A stretch of DNA of 64,000 bases, taken from assembly GCA_046563655.1 (NCBI GenBank), contig CM102286.1, forward strand, positions 1,922,001 through 1,986,000, written 5' to 3'. A program made the translations under genes and the position numbers. Shown here piece after piece: positions 47,957-61,907 of this stretch (position 1 is its first letter; the number at the start of each line of letters is the position of its first letter). The stretch is from Yuukianura sp. NJ FZ-2021. Lineage: Eukaryota. The notes beneath the pieces were generated by a model that saw only the letters and a list, made by a program, of their open reading frames with translations, did not search any database and had not been told where the DNA came from.

Positions 47957-48029
47957 CAATTCGTGTGGTAGCTTTCGTGACCGTGCTGTATTTTTAGGAA
48001 GCGACAAGCTTCTCTGTGCTCTCTGTGCA

Positions 48030-50542
48030 ATGGGGGACTCAAATAGCATGAGGACAGATGCTGGAGACAGCAGTGCTCTCAAAGAAGATGCTGACAAGGC
48101 GAAGGAACTTGCTAATGAAGCGTTTAAGAGTAAGTCCCGTCCCATTGTGGCAAATCGATTCTTGCGGCAGTTCTGGAACTGAAACTACTTTCACTTCTCT
48201 TCTAGAGCATGATTACGATAAAGCAGTGGAGCTGTACACAAAGGCGGTAGACCTCTTCCCCAGCGCCGTATATTATGCCAACAGAAGTATTGCCAATTTA
48301 CGTCTGGAATGTGCAGGATACGCGTTGAGCGATGCTACCAAAGCCATTGAACTTGACAAATCCTACACCAAGGCTTACTACAGAAGAGCTGCTGCTTACA
48401 TGTCCCTTGGGAAGTTCAAACAGGCTCTCAGGGATTTTGAAACGGTACAGTTTAGAAATAGTGTCATCGTCGACAATCGACATTTTGCCCGATATTTTAC
48501 ATTTTTGTACATAGTATAATTTTTTGTAGGTAGTCAAGGCGCGTCCAAGCGATAAGGATGCCAAGTTGAAATGGACAGAATGTAACAAGATTGTGAAGAA
48601 GCTAGCGTTCGAAAAGGCAATTGCTGTGGATGACACCAAGAAGTCAATTGCCGAAACGATTGACATCGCAGCTATAGGTAATTCCTCAAATCTAGCTTTT
48701 CAGTCCGAGTGAAGTGAGGCATGGATGTTTCATGATGAATTTCTTTAATACGGTGTCTAGGCTTCTGAATGGAAGTGATTATACCAACTTAATTCTGATG
48801 TCAATTTTCAATTTAAGCTATCTGAAGTAAGGAAGTAGAAAAACTAATGTACTAATGGCAAATGCGTTTGTATTTTGAAAGCTGTGGAAGATAGTTACGA
48901 AGGACCGCGGTTAGTTGATGGAAAAGTCACCGCAGCTTTCATAGAAGAACTTCTGACTTGGTTCAAGAATCAAAAGCTACTGCACCGAAAGTATGCGTTA
49001 CAGGTAAATGCTGCCAGCATCCAGTATATCCAAACACTTGTCATAGCTAATTTTGATAAAACTCTTTGTTTATTTTTTGATCTTTTTAGATTCTACTTGA
49101 CGTAAAGAAATATTTCATGGTTTTGCCATCTCTGATTGAAATCAACGTTCCAGATGACAAAGAGTTTACTGTCTGCGGAGACATTCATGGACAGTATTAT
49201 GATCTTTTAAATATTTTTGAAATCAATGGCCTCCCATCCGAGAAAAATCCTTACGTAAGAAATTACTTTCAGCATTTCTAAAATTTGTAAGTTTAGTTAT
49301 ACATATTTTATATTTCAGTTGTTCAATGGTGATTTTGTGGATCGAGGCAGCTTCAGCGTAGAATGTATCCTTGTATTATTTAGTTTCAAGTTACTCTACC
49401 CAAATCACTTCTACCTTGCACGAGGTAAGTTGATCACTACGCTTTCTTCATTACCAATCCATTAACTTCTAAATGATGAAATATAAACCGGTGTCTAGGC
49501 TTATGACCACCATGACTTGAGCTATTCAGTATCTGAAACGACAATTTCTCCTACTGACGACTTGTTGTTTCCTTACTACTGATGTCTTTTTATAATCCCA
49601 TGTATTTTTTACTGGATTGCAGGAAATCACGAGTCAGAATCAATGAATTCCATGTATGGATTTTTCGGTGAATGTAAATCAAAATATAATCAACTCATGG
49701 CAGACTTTTTCACTGAAGTTTACAACTGGCTGCCATTGTGCCATTGTATTAACAATCGCGTTTTGGTAAGTCTTCGTCATTTTGTCTAAATAAGAAAAAA
49801 AGTTCTTCCAGCCTTGATGCAATCGTTTTTTTTTCTTGTTCAAAGGTGATGCATGGCGGTTTATTCTCCAAAGACAACGTATCGTTAGATGAAATTCGCT
49901 CAATAGATCGTAATCGTCAACCTCCGGAAGATGGTAAGCCAGACCTATAAAAAAAAAGATTTTGGTTTTTGAGTAACTTGAGTTTGAAAACTTTTTTTAT
50001 GAATTATCAGGTTTAATGTGTGAATTACTTTGGTCGGATCCTCAACATCTCAATGGATATGCTCCATCTAAACGAGGAGTTGGCGTTCAGTTTGGTCCAG
50101 ACATCACACGAAAGTTTCTAAAGTACAACAAACTGGATTATGTTATTCGGAGTCACGAAGTTAAGCCTGAAGGGTATGAAGTTGGTCATGATGGTCTCTG
50201 TATTACAATCTTCTCTGCACCAAATTATTGGTAAGCCCATAAAGTAAATTACACTCTTACAGCATTGGTTCTGCTATTATGACAAGAAAGATTGTAAATT
50301 GACTTTTTTCTGGACAGTGATTCCATTGGAAACAAAGGGGCACTGATACGACTGAAGGGTGACCAACTTGTGCCAAAATATGTCACATTTGAAGCCGTGG
50401 TATGTCGATGACGCTACTCATAAATTGAAAAGTACTGCAAGTATGAAACGATGTTATAAACGTTTGTTTTTCGTTTTTTCAGCCACATCCGGATGTCCGT
50501 CCGATGGCCTACGCCAACTCTCTCCTTTCCATGATGTGTTGA
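48030..50542 (+). CDS. PPP5C: Serine/threonine protein phosphatase 5 (TPR plus PPP catalytic domain)
   Basis: TPRs ([26 protein letters not shown]), then GDIHGQ, GDFVDRG, RGNHE, MHGG, LLWSDP, RSHE, FSAPNY and C-terminal [12 protein letters not shown]. Confidence 0.97.
48728..48802 (+). ncRNA. Intronic box C/D snoRNA; predicted guide for the 18S rRNA Cm1272-equivalent (SNORD66-like)
   Basis: Box C ATGATGA at 48732-48738, guide CGGTGTCTAGGCTT, D' CTGA at 48765-48768, C'-like GTGATTA, D CTGA at 48795-48798. It sits about 80 nt upstream of the 3' splice site in an enlarged intron. Confidence 0.82.
49469..49540 (+). ncRNA. Second intronic box C/D snoRNA paralog with the same guide
   Basis: Box C ATGATGA at 49473-49479, guide CCGGTGTCTAGGCTT, D' ATGA at 49503-49506, D CTGA at 49533-49536. 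It sits about 85 nt from the 3' splice site. Confidence 0.82.
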
Positions 50543-52409
50543 TTCCTAAAGTTAATTATTGTACTGACACTCACTTACACGGTAACTGACCATCTTCTTC
50601 ATTTTCTTTGAGCTGTTAGATCCATAATTAGTTTTTAACAATTACCGTTTTGATAATTACGCTGCAGCGCAGCGCAAGAAGTGAATTGCATTTTGATAGA
50701 ACCTTGCAGCACATTTGCATGAGCACGTATTAGATTCTTCTAAAGTCTTAAATTGTGTTTAGATCCGAGACTCGGGTGTGTATTTAGTAAGTTTGAAATT
50801 CAGATTTATAACACAAAGCTCACTTTAAACATGTTAGCAAAGTTATATGATAGTCCAGTTAGAGGAATCATTTCTATTCCTAGGGATACGATACGGTAAT
50901 AAAAATTTATACGATGAGAGTGACGCTTTCATGCTGTTCACAGTCAAGTTAACGTCAACTTGCTCTTGGAATAGTTCAAATTCAAAACTTCAAGACAGTT
51001 GAATGTTGAAGAGCGTGAGATCAGAAATCAGACGAGGCGGACAGGATTTGGCAAAAAAAATTATGAGGAATAGGGGACTCGATCTCACGATTTCTTTTCT
51101 TGTAACAAACAAGCTTTGGCTTCTTACAAGAAAAGAATTTAGAATTGTTTAATTGTACATGAACGAAGGAGTGTTTAGACTACTGCGCACACTGAATTTA
51201 GAAGTACTAGAAAAAAAATCACGTGCATATTCTAAACTTATGGCTTTAGAAAAAGAAAAAAATTGTGGAGCAAATTACAAACTTTTGTGTTGAAGCGCTA
51301 CTAATGTATGGCCATTGTTTACATGAACAACGAATCATACAAATCAGCAAATTTTAAAGTTTACATGATTTACTTGTGTAACTAGTAAGTCAGTGTAAGT
51401 TATGTAATTCACACATTTACTATAATGTTGCGACATATTTTTTTTATATCAGGCAGTATGTTTTATGTTACCCTATGAAACATTACTCTAAATGTTTTAT
51501 GTTTTCAATCAAGCAGAACTCAATTTTTTCAAAATTTTCATTGATTTCTACATTTTAATACGAAAATTCGAACTACTTCTTGATTACGGTTGAATTCTAT
51601 CGGTTTCTGCGTAACCACTTTAACTTTAGTTTATCAACTTTATTTTCCAGAAGTTTAGTTTACATTAACAAAAGTTATAAAACTAACTGCCTCAGTTTAT
51701 GGCTTGATTCGAGTTTCAAAAAAAATTTTGCACTACGAAAGAACTCCTTTGCCTAACTTTGGATTTTCATAGTCTTCAATCTTCAGTGTATTTTTTTTGT
51801 CGTGCATTTTGTTCAGCTTGGGAGTTTTTCCCCGAACATCCAACAAGCCTCCAGCATTTCCCCCATCTTTTTTCACAATTACATTTAATTGAAGCCGGTT
51901 TTATAAGCCTACAAGCCTCTTATAGGCTAAAACCTCAGAAAAAGTGCATGGAGAGTTTCTAGGCGGCAGGCGAACAGAGCAGCACTTTTTAGCAAAGTGC
52001 ATATGGAACATGGATCGGTCGGTTCCACTCCAGGTCCCTCCGTTTTTTTAGTACTATCATAGGCTTTTTGAGACTATAGACTCTTCAACTGCAAAAACGA
52101 CTTGCGTTGTCCAAAATTTTCGAAAGAGAGGAGAGAGAGTGGCAGCGAAGTTTTCAAAGTCAAGATCAAGTTCTCTCGGCTTGGATCTCTCTTTTCGCCT
52201 TTTCCCTTGGGCCAATCAACAACGCTGAAATTGCAGTCGGTTGTCCCTGGAGGACAAGTCCGAGGTGCCCTTGTGTCTGTTGTTGTTGTTACCCTAAATC
52301 CCGGCTTAAGTCTCTTTACCCTAAATCAGAAAAGTGTAAAATCACCTATCAAGTCTCACAATTTTGCAAATTTAGCACTGTGCCAGAAACATTAGTGTCT
52401 AAGCAGTTT

Positions 52410-52660
52410 TTTTTACACCGGAAATCAATTTTTTCGCATCCAGAATCATTTTCACGTGTCGGGAGTCACTTTTTCCGCGCCTGGAATCACTTTTTAGGCG
52501 TCCGGAGTCACCTTTTTCGGGTCTAGAATCAGTTTTTTGACGTCGGGAGTCAGTTTTTGACGCCGGAATAAGTTTTTTGACGCGGAAATCGGTTTTTGAC
52601 GTCGGGAATCACTCTTCCCGCGTGCAGAATTAGTTTTTTCACGTCGGACTTAAATTTTTT
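52410..52660. repeat. Degenerate 20-21-bp minisatellite (about 11 units, e.g. CGTCGGGAGTCAnTTTTTTGA)
   Basis: Recurring GGAATCA/GGAGTCA followed by T-runs. Confidence 0.75.
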
Positions 52661-53692
52661 GTAGCTTCTTCTCTTCTAAAGTTTGATTCCGGAGAATAGG
52701 AAGAGTTTACTCTTGCTTTTAATGGAAGATGGACTTGGACACAGGGAAGAAACGGGAGGAAATTATTTAACAAGTTTTCCAGAGCATAAGTAGACTACTT
52801 CTATACAATTGCAGTTGGTTAGACTAAACCATACGGCATAACGTGTGCAACTTACACCATTTGCCGCACCGCAACTTTACCAAAATCCAAATGTAGTTTT
52901 AGTTGTTGTGCAGTGTGTGAAGAAGAGGCTTCCAATAAATCATGACAAGCCTCGAGCACTTTTAGGATTTCACAGGACTAATAGTACTTTGATAATCATC
53001 ATCAAACAGACGCATCATCATGGGAATTTAAACAGGACAAAAAAGAGAACTAATTATTCTGTCCAACGACGAAGGAAAGGAGCCAACTTTAGTTTTTTAG
53101 ACAACAACAACAAGTTTACGTAAATGTAAAATTTTGACGTAAATTTACAATCTCTGCAGTGAATCATAGCTTACGGTCTTCCGAATCCTTCCGAGTGACG
53201 CCTAACTTAAAAGTGACAAAAGTGAGTGAAAATTTGAAACTACAAAAATTTGCGACCTAAATTGACTGTGATAAAATTGTTATTTTTTTGGTTTCAAAAT
53301 TTCGGATACTAATCGGTTGCGTCTTGTCAGTGTCTTCTGGTCTTAGCAAAAATTTGTGGTGTTGGTTTACTTTTTCTTGGTTTGAAAGTTTTCAGCGTCA
53401 GAAAACGTCAAGTACCTGGAAGCGTCAATTTGTTCACAAGCTACGTCAACATTCAATTGGACAGTCAAAAAAATTTGAAGAAAAAAATTTACAACCGGTC
53501 CTCCAGCAGTATCCACCCATCAAAATTTTCTCGTGTATCTGAGCATGTCGTGGCGGAATTTTCACCTGGGAAAATTTTCATCGCTGTTTCACCGATAGTT
53601 TTTTTGTGAAAAAAAAAAAACTTTTCGAAAATTTTTCTAAAAAGGAAAGCCCTAACCAAAAACGTGAAAAAAAGTTACGACTTTTGCATGTA

Positions 53693-56600
53693 ATGGATGT
53701 CTGGACAAATCAACAATCTCAAGACCAATTGGTAAGTTTTTAAAATTTGAAAATTTTAAGTGAAAATTAGAAATTTGAAAATTTTAAGCAGAAATTAAAA
53801 ATTTTAGGCACAGTTGAACAGTAAAAGCTGAAATTAAGCGAGAAATTAAAATGGAAATTAAAATCCTGGCGAAAATTATTACCATTTTTTTCATTTTCGC
53901 AAATTCACGAATTTCGTGATTCGTAATTATTATTTTACGATGAAAAATTATTGCCGGGCGATTCAAAACTAATAATTTGAGGCTTTACGGCAGAAGAAGC
54001 AGTGCATTGTAAATTTTTTGTAGATTAGCATGGCCGTGACCGTGACAGTGACAGTGGTAGCCTTGGCAATGAAATGGCGGTTACGTTAGTCTGTTTGATA
54101 GGTTAGTTTTTGAAGGAGGTGATGACGGTGATGTGACCATGAACAGAGCCTATATCTCATCCCAACCCAATCCATCCCATCGTATGTTAACGTAAACCAG
54201 CTTTTACGGCCTAACAGCTCTGCTGGACTGTGGATAAGGTTTAGTCTTATAGGCGTTTTATAGGCTTAGAGCTGCTTTTATAGTCTGGCAGAAAGTGAGT
54301 ACAAATCCACGGAGTCAAGGCCAAGAACTCATATCGATTTTTGCCAAAATTATGCAAAGACTTATAAGACTAGTATAGGCTTTTTTGAAGGCTTTGAGGA
54401 AGGAAATTTCAGTTTTTGAAAAGGAAAGTTGACTCAATTTTGCCAATTTTTGCTTACTTTTAGGTTTGTTCTGTTATTGATATTTATGAACCCGCAAAAA
54501 ATTTAGCAATTCTACCCGGCTTTTCTTTTTTTCTCGCATGATTCGCGAAAAAAGAAAGTTTTGCGTGACAGTATTGATTTTTTTTTTTTTTGCAAAAACC
54601 CGGACCCCGGAGAAAGTTTCCTGCTGCTTTCTCCAGGCCCAATGAACTTTTGGATTTTCAAATGAAAGCGCGGTTGACATGTGGTGAAAGGCTGTCACTT
54701 TTGTTTGTTCTGTAAGGTTCAAGGTAATTCAACTTTTTTGAAAAAAATACGAATATCTGGTCGAGGCAAATCAAAATTTCAAAATTTTATAACATTTTTC
54801 AAAAGATAAAGCCGTTTGTACATTTTTATTTTCAAAAACTGGCGTTTTTATACTTTCGCACCAAAGGCGCGTAGGCTAAAACGTGCCGTAAATTAACCTT
54901 TGACTAGAAAAACTTAATTAATTATTAAATAGAGTTCAGGGTTGTATCATGTCGCGTGTTGTTTTGAATTGTTACCGTAAAATTTATAATACAAGCCCGG
55001 GCTTGTTTTTATTTTGCGACTCCCAGATTCGGCTAATATTTGGTGCCGGCTTCTATTAGAAGTTTTACGGTACTAATTTGTACTAAACTTGTAACAAAAT
55101 GCATGAAAACTTGAAACGTTTTAAGCATCATCAAAAAAACCATGAAGATTAATATTCTGAAGAGGGAAAAACTTTCCTAGCTAGGCTCTCGTGATCTCTA
55201 AAATTTGAAGTTACATTTGAATTTTTTTGAAGTCAAAACATTTGACTGATTTCAGTTTTATCTACGACCACTAAATGTTAAGTGTTTGAACTTTTACAAG
55301 CTTACAGTTAATCAAGTTGAAAAAAGGGGGCGTGGCTAATCCAAAAATACAGATGTCATACTCTATAATGTTTGAAATGATAAAAATTTACACCAATAAC
55401 TAATTGAAACTTGACTAATTAAAGTTTTTTTTCGAATTGACCCAGGTCATGATCAGTTCCGAAGATTCTACGCAACAAATGTTACCAATGTCAAGGGGTT
55501 CCCCCGTGGGGATCAAGACTGAATCGCTCGAACGCAGCCCGTTTCCACCGTCTTCTCCTCAAACCCAACTACATGAGCACATAATCCATGGCAGTAGAGT
55601 TGTGCCCCACCAAACCCACCACCAGCACTCCAGCGCCACCTCGGTGGGGCATCATCATGACAGTATTGTGGCTCAAGCGGCAGAGATGCTCTACTCTGCA
55701 AATGGCGGAGGAGGAGGTGGACCATCCTATGCCTCCCACTCTGCTGGTCCATCGCGGTATCCATCCACTGAAGACGTCGTCATGTCAACGGATGCTGGCA
55801 GTAGTCATCGTCATGGCAACAATGACTATCATCCTAACTTAGCTAGACGAATTAGCAGCTACGACAGTTGCTCGTCTCCGGACTCTCCAGATCGACACTT
55901 CTGCTCGTCCACGACACAGTCCAATGGAGACCTCAATAATTCCATTGCCGAGGTAAAAAATTGGAACAACTTTTTTGTGCAAAAGTGATGTTCGGATTTT
56001 TTGTGCAAAAATTGTGCAAATGTTGACTCATCCCATGCCTTTGCCAAAATTTTTGGCTTGTTGAAATCATGTGCCATTTTTTGTGTTTTAGGAGAATGGA
56101 AAAGACGAGGTTGACAGTCCGAAACGAGTCTGTTTGGTTTGTGGTGATACGGCTTCGGGATTTCATTATGGCGTCGCATCCTGTGAAGCCTGCAAAGCAT
56201 TTTTTAAGAGAACTATTCAAGGTCAGTCCAGCTTTTTCAAAAAATAACTTCAAAATTTTTCGAAAAGTTTGATTTTATGTAACTTTTTCAGGAAATATTG
56301 AATATACCTGTCCTGCCTCAAATGACTGTGAAATAAACAAGCGCCGACGAAAGGCCTGTCAAGCATGTCGTAAGTCAAGTTTCAAATTTTCAAAAAACAG
56401 GTTTTTCAAAATTTTTTAAACTCCTTAGGGTCATTGTGGGCCGCAATGGTAGATCAATTCTTAAATTCACAAAATGACGTCAGTATCGAAAATCTTCAAA
56501 ATTTCATTATTGACTGACAAACATTTCACTTTTTCTGTTTTCCAAAGTTTGTCGAAAATTATTGATATTAGTGTTTAGTCGATTTCGTATTTTGCAGACA

Positions 56601-58376
56601 TGGGCCGATAATTTCGGGAAAAAAAAAGCAAAAAAAGTAGTTTTGCACCGCTCGTGTCCAAGCCAAGGAAAAATCACTTTTTGGAAAAGTTCATTTTTCT
56701 AAAACAAAATTGATTTTGACTTTGGAATTTCTGTTTTTGAGGGTTTCAAAAATGCATTCGAATGGGAATGTTAAAAGAAGGCGTGCGATTGGACCGTGTG
56801 AGAGGCGGAAGGCAAAAGTATCGACGTAGTTCTGAAATGCCGTATCCCATGAACCACTCCTCTTTGCCACAGAGGAAGCAGTCCCTGGAAGGTAATTATA
56901 AAAACTACTACTGGATTGCAGTCTGCAACTTAATTACTTTACTCTGTGAAAAATGTTCTGCTAGAAAGATTTTTAATGTCTATTGTTATTTTTCTTCTTA
57001 GACAACAAGATCCTGGTGGCACTTATGGGAAACGAGCCTGAGCTTCCTACAGCCATTACGCCCGATTCACTCCTCGTCCATGCCGAGATCCGAACGATAA
57101 GCATCCTTAGTGATCTATATGATAAGGAAATCATCTCTACAATTGGATGGGCAAAGCAAGTTCCAGGTCAGAACTGGCTCAAGTTATGATATTTGACATG
57201 CGCAGCTCATTTTATGACCTTGGGCATGAGTGCTCATTTAATGAGTCTGGACATGCGCATGAGCCGAATTGTCATGTTCTTGTCATGGCAGTAGCTGAAA
57301 AATTAATGAGTCGACCAATGTGCTTGTTCGTTTTCAGGATTTACAGACTTGACACTGAATGATCAAATGCGCCTTCTGCAAAGCACTTGGACGGAAGTAC
57401 TTACACTTTCACTGGCATTTCGGTCAATTGCGACTCCCGGGAGACTAATTTTTGCGGCTGACTTTAGTCTGGATGAGAGGCAGGCAAGAGATGCTGGCGT
57501 TTATGAACTGTACCAACCGGTAAGTTGAGAAAACAAAGTGTGTTTTTTTTTTAGTTTTTAGGAAATTTTTGAACCTTTTTTGAATTTTGAACTTCAGTGC
57601 TGCCAAGTTATGGAAAGATTTGAACAAGTTGGACTGCTGAAGGAAGAATATTGTCTATTGAAAGCTCTGATACTAGCCAATGCTGATACAAGAATTGATG
57701 ACCTTGGATCTCTGAAGAAGTTGAGAGAGACTGTCATCGCAGCTCTCTTTGATTGTTCGACGGTGCTAAGGTTAGTCAACTTTTACACAATTACAGTAAA
57801 TCCTCTCTTATGGCAACTTTATTTTATTGACGGATACCGTAAAACCAAAGTTTTTGGCGGGAGCTCTACTTTAACCAAATCAAAGTTATGAGATGGCGCT
57901 CTAGCGAATTTTAAGAATTTCAACAATTTTTAATTTCAAGAATTGGCGGTGTTTTTGTTTTTCAATAGTACAGTAGAACCTCTCGTATAGCAACTTTTTT
58001 CCACCTCGGTGAGATACCGTTAAACCTAAGTTTTTGGAGGAAACTAAAAAAAATGGAGTGTTGCGGGTGTAGGACGATACCTCTGATGTGATCTAAATCA
58101 GAGAGTTTACTGTATTGGAACGAGTTGCTATAAGAGAAGTTTTACTGTATTCAACTTTAATTTAAAATCAATTTCAAATTTGTAATTTTTGTGTGTGTTT
58201 TGATTTTTTTCAGATCAACTAATGCAATTAGCCATGTGAATATGCTACTGATGTGCTTACCAATTTTGAGGCAGGCGGATTTAGCCATCAAAAAGTTTTG
58301 GCTCTCCGTACGACGCGACGGCAAAGTTGGGATGAACAAACTTTTTGTAGAAATGCTAGAAGCCTATTTTCGCTAA
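53693..58376 (+). CDS. ERR: Estrogen-related receptor (NR3B), about 9 coding exons
   Basis: DNA-binding domain [61 protein letters not shown] and C-terminal extension [16 protein letters not shown]. Ligand-binding domain [26 protein letters not shown] with AF-2 [10 protein letters not shown]. The probable first exon is 53693-53731. Confidence 0.95.
57971..58147. mobile_element. pogo-like MITE with TA TSD in the last ERR intron
   Basis: TA|CAGTAGAACCTCTCGTATAGCAACT...AGTTGCTATAAGAGAAGTTTTACTG|TA. Confidence 0.85.
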
Positions 58377-61152
58377 AAACTCCAACACGTAACGGTATAC
58401 TGCCAAGCATCAGTGTATTAATCACTTGCAGAATCACGTTTTCATCAGTTCACTTTCGACTTGGACTCATAGAAGGTTTGGCGCGTCATTGTTTCTGAAT
58501 CAGCATCTTCATGAACATATTTTTGGCAAAAAATGCAAAGGACATAACTCATTTCAAAAAGGACAAGGAGGTTTCTCATTTAAAAAGTTTATGGTTTTTG
58601 AAATGACAAAAGTTGAGTCTGTGCATTTTTTGATTCTTGGAATGACTAAAAGTTTGTTTAAAACACTCCCATTATATTATTCTTCACAGCTAAACTGTAG
58701 TTTACCAAAATATGTCTGAGAGCAATGTACAAATTATAGCTTTAACTTCAATTAATACTTTAATTGTAATTAACACTTAGATTGTTAAAGTTAAAAGTGA
58801 TGGTAATGGGTGTTGGGTTGAATCTTTAGTGTTAAACGCTGTTTAAGGGTTGGTGATGGTGCTAAACACACACAAATTGACTTGTGTGTCCAAAATCCAA
58901 ATTTTTGATTTCCAAATCCAAATTTTCGATTTCAGCATATAATTTTTTTGTTGAAAAAGATTACTCACAATTTTTTCAGTTTTCAACCACCATCAAAAAT
59001 TTAATTTGAATTCTTGGAATTTAAAAACGGCAAAGTGTGTTGAGTTAATTTATTTAAAATTCTCGGTGTTAAAAAAAGTTGGGTGCTTTTTCATTCAAAT
59101 TTTGAAAATTTGAAAATGCTATGAATGTTTATTTGGTGCATACATGGTTTGGTACAGGCGAAAATTGATTTGTTCCAATGATAAAGTACAATTATGTTGC
59201 AAATGTTTTTTGAAAATTGTTGAAAAGTTTAACATTTTCACCCTTGACCTAACCTTTGACTTTGCATTTTAGTTACATGATCCACTTGTACGCTGTATTT
59301 ATTTAATCTTGTTAACTTTAACTAACTACGTTAACGTTGTTATGCAGCCTTGAACTTCTTATATGCAAGACAAAAAGTTAATTGATTAGTTTTATATTTC
59401 GGACTCTGATTCTCCCTCTCGTTTTTTCAAATTTTGGTTTGCTTTGAAACGAAAAGATTCTAATAACGACACTATCCGAAACGCAGAGAGTATGGAACGA
59501 CGTAAACGCTCGAAATTTGTTATAAAATTTTGAAAATTTTTTTGGCAAAGGCAAAAAAAAGTGTAATGCATCTGTAAAATCTCAATCGGCAGCTGGTCTG
59601 CGTAAATTTTGTTAAACTTTCTAAAAGGAATGGAAACAATGAAAAGGACTGAAAATTTTTGGAAAACGTAACTTTTTGGCAGAAATTTTTTTGCAGAAAG
59701 TTTTTCTGATGTTGTAATTTTGTGTAACATTGCGGGAAGCAAAGTTGTTGGGTTGGTGGTAAATTTGGTATGTCGGGATACCGTAAATTTCCAATTTCGG
59801 TAGTTACAACTTGATAATAACAAAAATTTCAAATTGACAAAATCACGTAATTGTTGCTCGACTATTTAAGTTTACGTTTTACGTGCAGTGACTGTTTCAA
59901 GACTCTTTGTTGAGATACGGCAAAAATTGGGTTAAAATTTGTTCAGCTTTATTTAAAGTGTAACAAATTCTCAACTTCATTTGTCTTGATTTTGTTAAGT
60001 TAATGTTGAAATTTAAAACGTACTAATGTGAGTGACATGACCTTTGACATATAACTTGTTGGTCCTTTTCATGTACCTGAAAGAATTCGATGATGATACG
60101 ATACAATACGGTCCTTGTCAAAAAATGGAATGTTTAGGAAGAGCCAAGACTTAAAAGTGTCATAAATTTAGTTTTTCAAAAACAAAATTTAAATTTGTAC
60201 AATGCTAAATACGTTACAACGCCACTTACTACTAATCGAATCTTGTGTAATGCCGCAAAATTCTAAATATTGTTCTAAATTCTAAAACTATGGGAGACAA
60301 AAGGAATTGTTTTGGTTTAAAACTGATTCAATTGGTCATTTACCCCCAAATTACCCACCATACATTCTACTAACTATTTTAGTTGTAGATTTATTTTTGT
60401 AGGACAGACGGTATATGCTGATGATGATGTGATGATTGACACTACACTGCTGCTATAACTTTAGTACTAAAGTAGAATGAAGGGAACTTGGAGTTATCTT
60501 ACGACACAAGACTATACAATTTAATAATGTTAATTATATTATTAGTTATAATTAGTGAAAGAATTGTTATGTATAGACTAAGGCTCCTTTAGCTTCAATT
60601 GTTTTTTCCTGGAGGGTCTACTACTGGGCTCATAATGCTTGTAGGATCCATTTTGTTTTGGTTTAAATTTAACTAATTAATTATTGGTTAGACACGTTTA
60701 CTTGTTATACACGGCGGAGGAGGAACAAATCAGAATAAACATTTAATTTTTCGGTGCTGCTTTAAACTAACGTTAATTGATAGTTTAAATTAGCAACTTC
60801 TCTAAAAAAAATAGAAATTGTTAATAGCTCTATTTAGTATTATTGGAGAAAACAAATTATCTAATGTTAATGCTATGGAGAAATGGCCCTGGAAATTCTG
60901 GGTCGATTTTTTTTCATAATTTTTTTTATGAGACGAATTATATTTTTCGTGGTAGTAACGAAAGCGCGGGAAAATCATACTCGCTACACCTGATTGCATT
61001 ACAAGTGGAACACACTGTACTTTTTCTCGAGTTGTTTACATTTTTTTTCTACCGGATTTGAGCATTGAGCTTCTGAACTTCAGTATTAATTAACAACTTA
61101 ATTAGTTGCTTAATAGCTTAATTTTTAACTAATTAGACCTTACTTAAGGGAG

Positions 61153-61907
61153 ATGGAATTTGTTACTACAACGTATTCAGGTGTAAAGGAATTTAGTATT
61201 CTAGTGTTCAAATTTCCGTACGCTAAATTTCTCATGTCAACAATGTTAACATTTTTGATAACGTTGATGATTTGCCATCGATTTGAAGTTCAAGTAGCAC
61301 TCCGGTACTTGGGTATTGTGTTTCCTGTTACTTTAATTAAGGTTTGCATGGACCTGAATAGCATAATAATCAAAGGTAAGATTCTAATTTTTAAGAAACG
61401 ACGTGGAACTAACGATTGAATCGTAATTGAACTTTTGTTTTGTTTCAGAATCGGTAATTGTTTTTCCATCAATTGGAGTTCAGCTGATGAATACAACTGC
61501 GCTGGGAACGAAAACCGGAATATATTTTGCTCCAATGTCATCCATAAAAAGTGTGGTCATCAACGAAACAATTCAGAAGGTGAGCAGAATATTAATTTAC
61601 TTCAACGATTGTTGAAGCAAAGCGTTAATGTAGTATGTGTATTGTCTTTATAAATAATTGTCATGTGTGTGTTTGACTTTCAGCAACATGTAATCTCATA
61701 TCTAACTTTGATTTTAACACAACCGGATTATCGGGGAAATATTCTTGTTCCAATATTTCAGGTTTGGAATTTAATTGTAGATATATTACATTTATATAAA
61801 GTATTACTTAATTTTCTTTCGTATATCCTTAGGAAACATTACCAAGGCTCGACGTAATTACAAAAGTTTACAGAGAAATGTACAAATCGTTGGAGGAATC
61901 TACATGA
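61153..61907 (+). CDS. PIGH: GPI-GlcNAc transferase subunit PIG-H, 4 exons
   Basis: Two transmembrane segments, then ESVIVFPSIGVQL, IKSVVINETI and LVPIFQETLPRLDVITKVYR. Confidence 0.85.

Noticed and set aside
47650..47997. Intronic RNase P, RNase MRP or SRP RNA
   Set aside because: The conserved core motifs are absent, and a 9-bp TSD explains the hairpin as a MITE.
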